From assembly GCA_030167865.1 (NCBI GenBank), contig JALAGF010004255.1:1-60919 (forward strand): a DNA stretch of 60,919 nt, given 5' to 3'. This DNA is from Craspedostauros australis. Its lineage: Eukaryota. This document shows, piece after piece, positions 1 through 9,112 of this stretch. The notes under the pieces were generated by a model, which did not search any database, had not been told where the DNA came from, and worked only from the letters and a program-made list of their open reading frames with translations. The position numbers were made by a program, and so were the translations under genes. Position 1 is the stretch's first letter; every line of letters begins with the position of its first letter.

Positions 1-7
1 ATCCACC

Positions 8-2986
8 ATGACCATGCCATACAAACAGAGCAAAGCCAGACCATGGAACGAACGCATCGGATATCGAGCACACGGTGACAGACTCAAGTTCGCTCTGCGA
101 AAGCTCATTCAGATCATCTGCAACTACTGCCCCCTCATCTTCGTCATCGATGATCTACAATGGGCAGACAAGGCATCGCTCGACATCCTCAAGTCATGGA
201 TGCTGGACAGCAAGAACTCATCGCTCATGATCATCGGATGCTACCGATCCAACCTCCTGGAAGAGAACGATGTTCTCAAGACTACGCTGACATCATTGGA
301 TGAATCCAAGCGGGAGCGTGCCCTCCGCATCGTCAAGCTTCCCATCCAAGATCTGGAGGTGCATCACATCAACGAGCTGCTGTGTCGGCTGTTGGCTGTT
401 CCAACGGATGGTCACGCACTCAATGACCACAGTGCTAATGGCGCTGACAATGCCGACGATGTGGACGATGCTGATGATATTGATGATGCTGACGAGATGA
501 ATGGCCGATCGAAGGTCGTGAAGGAGCTTGCTGATGTGGTACATCAAAAGACGGCTGGGAATCCCTTCTTCGTCCAGCGCTTCCTTCATTCCTTGGTTGA
601 CGAAGGCCTGCTCAAGTACAACGGAGCGAAGCAGCCGTCACCGCCATCACTATCGGCATCGGCAGCATCCAACACCAAGAACGGTTTCTCGTGGGCATGG
701 TCGTGGAACGATACCGACATTCGATCCAAGTCACCATCCACAAGCAACATCATCGATCTCATGAAGGACAAGCTGCAGCAGGTGCAGAATGCTCGTCAGA
801 TCCTGCCCATCGCAGCATGTCTGGGCGCATCTTTCTCACACTCGACCATCTGCATCGTGATGCGTGGTCTATCCATCCATTCGGCACACTCCGCGTTCGT
901 CCGCAAGCTGTTCGGCATCAATCGCTTCGTTTCCAACAACGACATCGATGAGATGCTGCACACGTGCGAGCAGGAAGGTCTCGTGGAGATGTCGATGGGA
1001 TTCAGCACTTCATCCGACCACGATACTAGCCCATCACACAAAACGTCCATCAGAACACTGAGCAAAACATCAAGCAGAACGCTCAGTGGGATCAAGGGAC
1101 ACAAGAAGAGGAAGAAGGCCAAATCGTCCACCATCTACAATTTCAGCCACGACAAGGTCCAGGAAGCGGCACTGGCCATGCTGGATCAAGAGCAACTGTC
1201 CGAGCTGAAGTACCGAGTTGGTGAAATTCTGCTTTTCGGTCTTCCCGCCGACGAGCTCACCGAGCGCATCTTCATGGTCACCAATCTCGTCAACACGAGG
1301 TTCGACCTCATCCCTGATACCAACAAGAGCGAACGTGGCAAGCGTGTCATGATGCTGAACTTCGATGCTGGAAGCAAGGCGGTGGGCTGCTCCTCGTTCC
1401 ACTTGGCATCTCGGTACTTCAGGAACGCCGTCAATCTGCTTCCCAACGGTCATTGGGAGACAATGCAGGAAGAGACGCTTGAGATCTACTCAGCTGTAGC
1501 CGAATGCGCGTACGTCACGTCAAATCTTGACCGCGCCCGCCGATACTGCAACGAGATCGTGGAATCCAAGTGTGACATCCTGGACAAGGTCGATGCGTAT
1601 CACACTCTCATCGACGTGGCAGTCGCCGAGGCGGAGAAAGACAAGGGTGATCGAGCAGCGCTTCGGTTGTGCCTGGATGTTTTGTCGCAGCTGGGGTGCA
1701 AACTCCCAAAGCCCGGTATTAGACGGACACTGAGCACCGTCTTTGGTCTATTGAGATTGAAGCGGATTGCTCATACCATCACATCCAAGACGATCGATGA
1801 TCTTCCTCTGATGACCGACAGAAAGGAGGATGCTGTAATGACGACGTTGGGGAAACTGTTGATGGTGTGCTACTTCTCTGACCCCGGGCTCATCCCGTGC
1901 GTCACAATGCGCACTCTGCGCCAGACCATGCACCACGGTGTGTCTGAGCATTCCGCTTCGGCTTTCACATTCTTGGGAATCATCATGGGGAGCAAAATGG
2001 GGAACATAGCGGCAAGAGAGAGATTTGGGCAAAGGGCCGTCGATGTTCTGGACAAGATTGACCAGCCCGCCTCAGCACCACGGATCCTTTTTCACTACTA
2101 CGCCCTGATGCGGCATTGGACGCAACCGCTGGAAAGCTTGAGAGAGCCACTCATGGAGGCGTACCGTGCAGGAATGTCGGCGGGATCGGTCATGGCAGCT
2201 GGATCGTGCCTTTCGATCTACGTCAGGATTGAGTTCTTCATCGGTGTGCCTCTGCGGCAGATTGACGAAGACTGCGCGGCGTATTCGAAGGTTGTGTCGG
2301 ATTTCGATCAAAGCGCGCAAGTTAGGCTGTTCACATCATTGTGGCAGGTCGTGCTGAACCTTCGAGGAGCATCCAAACATCGCATCCTGATGATCGGCGA
2401 CGCGTACGACGAGCGCAACGAGGCGAACTTCTCTCACCACAGAGGCGTCACCATGTCCAAATCGATCCTCTGTCTCTACTTTGGCCACTACGAAGAGGGC
2501 GCAAAGCTCTCTGCTGGTATCATTGATCAGATCGTGCGAGAGTACATGAGCGCCCCGGCGCTGCCACCGGCGCTGTTTCGAACCGCCCTCTGCTGCCTCG
2601 CTGCTTCGCATTCGAAGACAGCGGATCGCACCTACAAGAAGACGGCCAAGCGATGCCTCAAGCAACTCAAGGCATGGCGCAAGCAGGGACATCCCAACTG
2701 TCCCCATTACATCATGCTTCTGGATGCAGAGCTGGATTTCTTGCGTGGCAATCACGACAGGGCGATCCAGCTGTATGCAGAGGCAGCGGGAAGTGCCGGA
2801 GGACGTGGATTCATCCAAGATGAGGCATTGGCGAATGAGCGGCTTGGAGATTGCTTGCTCGACTGCGGCAAGAAAGCAGAGGCAAAGGATAGATTCGAGG
2901 ATTCGACACAACTGTACAGTGCGTGGGGAGCAGACAGAAAGGTTAGGGATTTGCGAGACAAGGTGGAGCGCATATTTGGCTCTTGA
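8..2986 (+). CDS. STAND-class (AAA_16-like) ATPase with C-terminal TPR-like helical repeats; 5'-partial
   Basis: Walker B PLIFVIDDLQWAD, IIGCYR sensor, TAGNPFF (GxP), winged-helix YNFSHDKVQEAA, helical tail ending ALANERLG...YSAWGADRKV. No Walker A in the window and the frame is open to the window edge, so the start lies upstream. Confidence 0.85.
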   Translation: MTMPYKQSKARPWNERIGYRAHGDRLKFALRKLIQIICNYCPLIFVIDDLQWADKASLDILKSWMLDSKNSSLMIIGCYRSNLLEENDVLKTTLTSLDESKRERALRIVKLPIQDLEVHHINELLCRLLAVPTDGHALNDHSANGADNADDVDDADDIDDADEMNGRSKVVKELADVVHQKTAGNPFFVQRFLHSLVDEGLLKYNGAKQPSPPSLSASAASNTKNGFSWAWSWNDTDIRSKSPSTSNIIDLMKDKLQQVQNARQILPIAACLGASFSHSTICIVMRGLSIHSAHSAFVRKLFGINRFVSNNDIDEMLHTCEQEGLVEMSMGFSTSSDHDTSPSHKTSIRTLSKTSSRTLSGIKGHKKRKKAKSSTIYNFSHDKVQEAALAMLDQEQLSELKYRVGEILLFGLPADELTERIFMVTNLVNTRFDLIPDTNKSERGKRVMMLNFDAGSKAVGCSSFHLASRYFRNAVNLLPNGHWETMQEETLEIYSAVAECAYVTSNLDRARRYCNEIVESKCDILDKVDAYHTLIDVAVAEAEKDKGDRAALRLCLDVLSQLGCKLPKPGIRRTLSTVFGLLRLKRIAHTITSKTIDDLPLMTDRKEDAVMTTLGKLLMVCYFSDPGLIPCVTMRTLRQTMHHGVSEHSASAFTFLGIIMGSKMGNIAARERFGQRAVDVLDKIDQPASAPRILFHYYALMRHWTQPLESLREPLMEAYRAGMSAGSVMAAGSCLSIYVRIEFFIGVPLRQIDEDCAAYSKVVSDFDQSAQVRLFTSLWQVVLNLRGASKHRILMIGDAYDERNEANFSHHRGVTMSKSILCLYFGHYEEGAKLSAGIIDQIVREYMSAPALPPALFRTALCCLAASHSKTADRTYKKTAKRCLKQLKAWRKQGHPNCPHYIMLLDAELDFLRGNHDRAIQLYAEAAGSAGGRGFIQDEALANERLGDCLLDCGKKAEAKDRFEDSTQLYSAWGADRKVRDLRDKVERIFGS

Positions 2987-3571
2987 GCAAAGCAAGCCAT
3001 TTCAGCGTCTGTTGAATATACCACAGTATTATGTATATCGATAGTATAGTATAGATTAAATGCAAAGACCGAAGTCAGCGTTTCTTCTGGCAGAGCACCA
3101 TAGCTCGTACAGGGCCAAGGAGCAGGGTCTATTAGTGCTATGATGCTGTTCTTGTTCATGAAATCGTCGCTCCATGAAAGGACGGTAGACTATTTCTACG
3201 AGTCCTGTTGTCTTCAGATATCGGTCAATGGATTCCACTCACGAGTTTTTCATTTACCGGATACCCCGGGACAATGAATGAAAGAAAGCCGATGGTCACA
3301 AACAAAGAGGCATCTCTCGCATGTGTTCGTAGCTGGTGTCACCACAACATCTAGGGGGACATTCCAGGCACCAGTTCCAGTTGTGAAGGACAGGCATCCT
3401 GCATTGCGGAGAATGATAGAGGGCATGTTACCCCTGGATGTAGCTTCGTTGGGGCCAACTCAGACTCAACACAAGTCCATGAATGGTATGCCGATTCAAC
3501 GTGCATAACACGCAATCGCAAAGTATAGCAACTGGAGAAATACGAGCAATCGCAACTGCAGATTCACAATC

Positions 3572-5407
3572 ATGGGCACAATCGCGACCAATGCAAGTAG
3601 CAACGGGCGAACCAACGGGAGGAGCAACGGAAACAGCAATGGGCGTAGCAGCATTGGACCCAGCAAGGCCCGAGCGCATGATGGCAATGGCACGAACGGC
3701 GATGGCACAACGAAGCAGCATCGCTCACGGCACATATCAAAGCGATCCGTGCTGGTGAAGGCGATCGGTTGTCTGCTCGTAACCTCCGTCATCTGCAACG
3801 TGTGGAGCCTCATGCGTCTCTTCGCTCTGTCGCAGCGAGATGATGGTGCCAACGAGATTCATTCCATCGTCAATCAGCACGCGAAGCGAGGTTTGAGCGG
3901 CGCAATCAATGCGACCGTCGCCATCATGGATGACTCAAACCAGAATGCTCAAGAGATGCAGCAGCAACGGACAGAGCCGAAGAACCAATCACTACCAGAT
4001 TACCAGGCTGCGCTGCACAAAATCTATCAGCAGCAGCAGCAACAGCAACAGCAGCAGCAAACACCAGAGGAGCACCTCGTGGCGCGATCAAACAAAAATG
4101 AGCCCGGACGCAACAATCGTAGGAATCACACGCGAAAACTGCCGCAACTCATCCTGCATCTCGGACCAGCCAAGACGGCAACGACGACGCTGCAGATCGA
4201 CATGCGACATTTGAATGAAAAACGCATCCTCCCCAAGGAACGCATCGCGTACTGGGGCATTGGACAGCTGCACGCGCGGTTCAGGATCCAGGATCTCGAG
4301 ACGGTCGAGGCCTTGTGGAACAAGACCTGCATGCATCGCCATTACGCAAAGTACATGGAAGAGAAGCGGAGCCTCAAAGAAGCCAACCGTGCGAATCCGC
4401 ACAAGGAGATGAAACTGCCGTCATCGATTCCCGTCCCGCAGTGTCTGCGGCGCACGAAGAAGATGATGAAGATACTGAAAGGATACCACATCAACTTGAT
4501 CTTGAGCAACGAACTGTTCTCGACAGCGGAGTACTATGAGCACGGCGGGCTGTACGACGATGTGGCGTACTTTGACCATTTCAAGGACTTCTGGAAAGGG
4601 TGGAATGTCACCGTCGTCGTCACGTATCGGCGTTTCGCCGAGTGGATCCTGAGCAGCGTGAAGCAATTCAACATGCAAACGACGCAGTACGAGCAGAAAC
4701 CGTGCAAGAAGTGGCCCATCGACGGTGGATCCGTGCACAACCGAACGTGGACCACGGTCCAGGGCTGGATGGCGGACAGCGCCGAATCGAAGAACATGTA
4801 CCGCCACGAGATGATGGTGGCCTATATCTGGGTCTACATGGACGGCGTCATCCGCAACTGGAGGTCCGCCGGTTTCAACACCCACATCATGAACGTGCAT
4901 TCCAAACGCCAAATCACCGAGCAGTTCATGTGCGATTTCATCCAGGATGCTCCCGAGTCGTGCAGCACCCTCAAATCGCGCACAGAGGAAACCAACCACA
5001 ACGTGCGCAACATGGCGTTTTCGGCCTACAACGACATCATCTTCACGGCGGCGCAGCGAGGCGTCATCAGCAACTTCACGCAGCAGAACGCCCACCGGCT
5101 GAAACAGACCGAGAAGCTGGCAGAGTATCATGGTTCGCAGCTCAACTTGACGCTGGCAGATCTCCCGCTGATCTGTCCCAAGGAGGAGGAACTGCAGAAG
5201 CTGCTGGACATATCCCTCGCTTTGGAGAAGAAGTGGATGCCACAATGGCACGCCACGCCGCAAGGTGAGGCCGCGCATCGCGCATCCTTCGATCGCATCG
5301 CACGCAAGAAGCGCGAGTTTTGCACCGTGGACATGGACAAGTTGTTTGCAAACGTGCGCACGTGGGACGGTTTGCTCGAAGAGATGAAGCGAACCACATG
5401 GGATTGA
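3572..5407 (+). CDS. Type II membrane protein with P-loop sulfotransferase-like domain
   Basis: 611-aa ORF; single hydrophobic segment VLVKAIGCLLVTSVICNVWSLM; LILHLGPAKTATTTLQ (PAPS-binding-loop-like), ILSNELF, VVVTYRRFAEWILS; poly-Q stem. Confidence 0.75.
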   Translation: MGTIATNASSNGRTNGRSNGNSNGRSSIGPSKARAHDGNGTNGDGTTKQHRSRHISKRSVLVKAIGCLLVTSVICNVWSLMRLFALSQRDDGANEIHSIVNQHAKRGLSGAINATVAIMDDSNQNAQEMQQQRTEPKNQSLPDYQAALHKIYQQQQQQQQQQQTPEEHLVARSNKNEPGRNNRRNHTRKLPQLILHLGPAKTATTTLQIDMRHLNEKRILPKERIAYWGIGQLHARFRIQDLETVEALWNKTCMHRHYAKYMEEKRSLKEANRANPHKEMKLPSSIPVPQCLRRTKKMMKILKGYHINLILSNELFSTAEYYEHGGLYDDVAYFDHFKDFWKGWNVTVVVTYRRFAEWILSSVKQFNMQTTQYEQKPCKKWPIDGGSVHNRTWTTVQGWMADSAESKNMYRHEMMVAYIWVYMDGVIRNWRSAGFNTHIMNVHSKRQITEQFMCDFIQDAPESCSTLKSRTEETNHNVRNMAFSAYNDIIFTAAQRGVISNFTQQNAHRLKQTEKLAEYHGSQLNLTLADLPLICPKEEELQKLLDISLALEKKWMPQWHATPQGEAAHRASFDRIARKKREFCTVDMDKLFANVRTWDGLLEEMKRTTWD

Positions 5408-5409
5408 TT

Positions 5410-5439
5410 GAGAGAGAGAGAGAGCGAGAGAGCGAGAGA
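5410..5439. repeat. (GA)n microsatellite just after stop codon
   Basis: gagagagagagagagcgagagagcgagag, 3 nt after TGA. Confidence 0.9.
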
Positions 5440-5928
5440 ATTACGTGTACTCGCATGGCAGTGCAGTGCAGATACGACGGTTGCTACTCTGACAAACTGC
5501 ATCGTATATTTATTAGAGAACGATTACAGTAGGTTTGTAGCCATGGCATCCGCCACCGTGATCAGGAAGAACCACGGCGACTGAACGAGGCTGTGACAGC
5601 AGACGTTGTCGCTATCGCATTGATCTTCTCTCGGTCCATCTACATTAAATGTGCGCACTACCTATCAATCGTGAAAATCCTGTTTTCCTTTTTATCTTGT
5701 ATTTGCCGCATATCCTGAATCCGACCAACCGGACCAACCAAACCCAATTCAACCGCGTCCAACCACATTTTCCAATCCGACAAAAATCGACAAACCGTGA
5801 TGTTCTCAGGTGATGCCATCGTTGTTGATGTTGCGCAGACGGCAATGGCGGCGATGATGATGATGGCAATCATCTTCACATGAGATGATCAACAAGTTCA
5901 AGAGGCATCAACATCCTGGACGGGAATC

Positions 5929-7803
5929 ATGAGTGACGATTACGGAAGAAGGCACCGCGGCGACGACCGTCGTGATCGCGATCGTCGTGACCATGGCAGA
6001 GACCGTCATGATCGCGGAGAACGGCGCAGCTTCGGAGGTGGCGACGATCGGCGGGAGAGGGGCAGGTATGGAGATAGGGATCGTGGCCGAGATGGCGGTG
6101 GTCGAGATGAAGGCAGACGTGATGAAGGCAGACGTGAAGGTCGCAGGGATGGTGATGGCCGAGACAAAAGCCGAGAAGGCCGCCGATCCAACGGTGGAAG
6201 GAGTCGTTGGGACGATGTTGGCGAACAGCATGGTGATGGGCGCAACGGTGACAACCGCGCAAACGCAGGTGGAACCCCAGGTGCAACCTCAGGTGCAAAT
6301 GCAGGTGCAACCCCAGGTGCAACCAACGGAGGACGCACGCGTGGCGAGGAGAGCTACTACGGCCACGCAGCCGCAGGCGACACCGATGACAACAAACACG
6401 AATCCATCCGTCCCGGTCTCGTCGTGAAGGGCACGGTGGCACGCATCGAAGCCTACGGAGCCTTCGTCGACTTCGAGGTCGGCAAGGACAAGCACCGCGG
6501 ATTGGTGCACATCAGCCAGATCGCGCAACGCCGCGTCGAGCAGGTGACGGACGAGCTGCAGCTGGGCCAGGATGTCCACGCGTCCGTGCTCGATGTCGCG
6601 GAGGAACAGCGTTCGGACAGGCGCTTCGGCAACCGCGCACCGTCGCTGCGCATCCGTCTCGGCATGAAGGAGGTCAACCAGATGACGGGCCAGCGCATCG
6701 AGGGATCATCGGGCGGGGGCGGCAAGAGGGGGCGCCGCGGTGGCAACACGAAGGAGTTGGAGAAGCGTGCGGATCAGCGTCGTCATCTCTACATGTCATC
6801 GCGCATGCATTGGAATACGGAGGAGAACGACGATGCGGGCGTCAGCAGCCGCATTCCGTACCTTCGCTTGCTGTGGTCCGCCAGTCCGGAGCCGGCCAAG
6901 GCGCAACCCGTTGCTGCCAAAAAGCCTTCGTCCGACGACAAGAAGAAGGCAAAGGACAGCGACGACGACAGCGACGACGATTCATCGTCATCTTCCGAAG
7001 ATGAATCCAGCGTGTCGTCGTCCGAGTCATCGCGCGATCGACGCAAACGCCGCAAGAAACGCGGCAAACGTCGCAAATCTCGCAAACGCGACGAGAAGAA
7101 ACGCAAGAAACGGAGCAGCAAATCCGACAAGCGAAGTCGCAAGCGCCGCCGATACTCAGATTCCGAGAGCGAGGCATCCAACAACAGCGATAGCGATAGC
7201 GACGACAGCGTCAAGAAGGACGACAACGAAAAGGAATCGCCGTCCGCCGAACCCAAGACCGAAGACAAGGGTGAAGACGCCATGGAAAACACCACCACCG
7301 AGGTCGACAAGGAGGCGCAGGACTTCAAGGACGCCGTCCAAGGCGGTGCCAAGGCCAACGAATCCGACGAGGAGGATGAGGGACCCAAGCCGCTCGCGCA
7401 GGGCAATGCCGGCAACGACGCGGGAGGGGCCGCCGGCTCGCAGTACGGAGGAGCCCTGTTGCCAGGCGAAGGACAAGCCATCGCCCAGTTCGTGCAGCAG
7501 AACCTGCGTATCCCGCGTCGTGGTGAGATTGGGTACTCGCAGGACGACATCGAACACTACGAGAAGTCGGGTTTCGTCATGAGTGGTTCGCGACACTCTC
7601 GCATGAACGCCGTGCGTATCCGAAAGGAAAACCAGGTGTACTCCGCCGAAGAACAGCGGGCCCTCGCATTGATCACGATGGAGGAGAATCAGCAGAAGGA
7701 GGCCCAGCTCATGGAGGACTTCCGCACGATGCTCAAGGAGAAGAAGCAGCAGCGCGAGAAGGAGAAGAAGTCCAAGAAGAAAAAGAAGAAGTCGAAAAAG
7801 TAA
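5929..7803 (+). CDS. NKAP: NKAP-family splicing factor with an additional S1 RNA-binding domain
   Basis: C-terminal YGGALLPGEGQAIAQFVQQNLRIPRRGEIG...GFVMSGSRHSRMNAVRIRKENQVYSAEEQRAL is the NKAP/DUF926 signature; K/S/D-rich middle; S1 motif GTVARIEAYGAFV...GLVHISQI at about 6415-6700. Confidence 0.93.
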   Translation: MSDDYGRRHRGDDRRDRDRRDHGRDRHDRGERRSFGGGDDRRERGRYGDRDRGRDGGGRDEGRRDEGRREGRRDGDGRDKSREGRRSNGGRSRWDDVGEQHGDGRNGDNRANAGGTPGATSGANAGATPGATNGGRTRGEESYYGHAAAGDTDDNKHESIRPGLVVKGTVARIEAYGAFVDFEVGKDKHRGLVHISQIAQRRVEQVTDELQLGQDVHASVLDVAEEQRSDRRFGNRAPSLRIRLGMKEVNQMTGQRIEGSSGGGGKRGRRGGNTKELEKRADQRRHLYMSSRMHWNTEENDDAGVSSRIPYLRLLWSASPEPAKAQPVAAKKPSSDDKKKAKDSDDDSDDDSSSSSEDESSVSSSESSRDRRKRRKKRGKRRKSRKRDEKKRKKRSSKSDKRSRKRRRYSDSESEASNNSDSDSDDSVKKDDNEKESPSAEPKTEDKGEDAMENTTTEVDKEAQDFKDAVQGGAKANESDEEDEGPKPLAQGNAGNDAGGAAGSQYGGALLPGEGQAIAQFVQQNLRIPRRGEIGYSQDDIEHYEKSGFVMSGSRHSRMNAVRIRKENQVYSAEEQRALALITMEENQQKEAQLMEDFRTMLKEKKQQREKEKKSKKKKKKSKK

Positions 7804-9112
7804 ACAAGACACCAAGGGGCGGCACCATGCTGTGTGTAGCCCGTATGTCGCCATCGCCGTGCAGGGCATAGCAGCAGCATTGCACCCTACGGATACGGAG
7901 AATCTACCACCATACGTACGTATCACACGATCCACAAGGAATCTGCCATGCCTTTCAATACAAGTAACAGCCGCAACAGTAACAAATACAATTACAAACG
8001 ACGCAGTGTGTTCGTCTATCCAACACAGCTCGTGCCTGTGTAGAGCCACAGAGGATAAGATGGGGTATAACTCGCTACCAATACGGATATCACGATAACT
8101 CTAATCATTTCTATATTCAGCAGTCTTTTTACATGGGATATACTACCAGCATGGGACCTTTTGGATCGCTCAGGCTCTCCTTCTGTTGCTGCTTATGCTT
8201 TGATTGTATAATGCTCGCATGGTGTGGCGCTTTCGCTTCCAACCATATTATGATTTATGATGTGCATGGCTGTACATTAGCGTGTCCATGGCTGTACGTT
8301 GTCGTTGAGCTGTCGCTCCTACTTCGGGGATCGTGGGGTGACGAGAGTGTTTTCTCTCCCTTCCGACTCTACTCGTACCATGGCATGGCGTGCTGTGCTC
8401 AGTGAGCATTGCTTCAGCTTTGGCTTAGCTTGACTTGGCTGGTGCACTTGCGACAAGAGACTGCCTCGAGATCATTGTTCTGCGCTGTTGTCTTGTGTGT
8501 GTGAGTGCAAATGCTATTGGTGTTCACACAAGACGAACAAGTACATCGTGCAGAACTTGATCTGGTGGAAATACCATGGCGATGATGATGCTGGTGATCC
8601 TGTCGTGGTGACAGGATCGGTGAAATCATCAACGCGCATGAATCGGCTGTCTCTCGGAGTGCGTCCAGCTCAAGTCGTGGCTGTGAATCGATCGTCCATT
8701 CGTCCATCGTCGATGCCTGGGGATGGAAAGATGCATCTTCTACGTTGTGTGCCTTTGCGGCGGAAGGAACGACCATATGTGACGAGTTGTTGAGTGTCCG
8801 GCGCGCCTGGGTGACTTTCTGTCGTCCATCCTCACATATTCCTCCACTAGATGGAGCGGAGCAGGATGCTGGGGTGAGTGAACCCCCAGATTTGACAACA
8901 TGCCTCTGCGCGAGTGTCCGCATGAACACTGTGCGCTTGCCCAGCCCTGTGTTGACGCAATGCCATCTTCGTTGCTTGCTGCTTTGCTCTTCTGAAGTTC
9001 AACTTCTTGTTCTTCTTCGACCAAGCAACAGGCAGGCAGACCGTGTTCGTCCAACCAATGTAATGGAATGTGCACTCGTCGATTTGTGACTTCATTCAGA
9101 TTGGCCGATCGT

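Noticed and set aside
8414..9095. Short ORFs and the hairpin gatcctgtc-gtggt-gacaggatc near 8596-8618
   Set aside because: No recognisable motifs; one 9-bp stem is plausible by chance in 60 kb.
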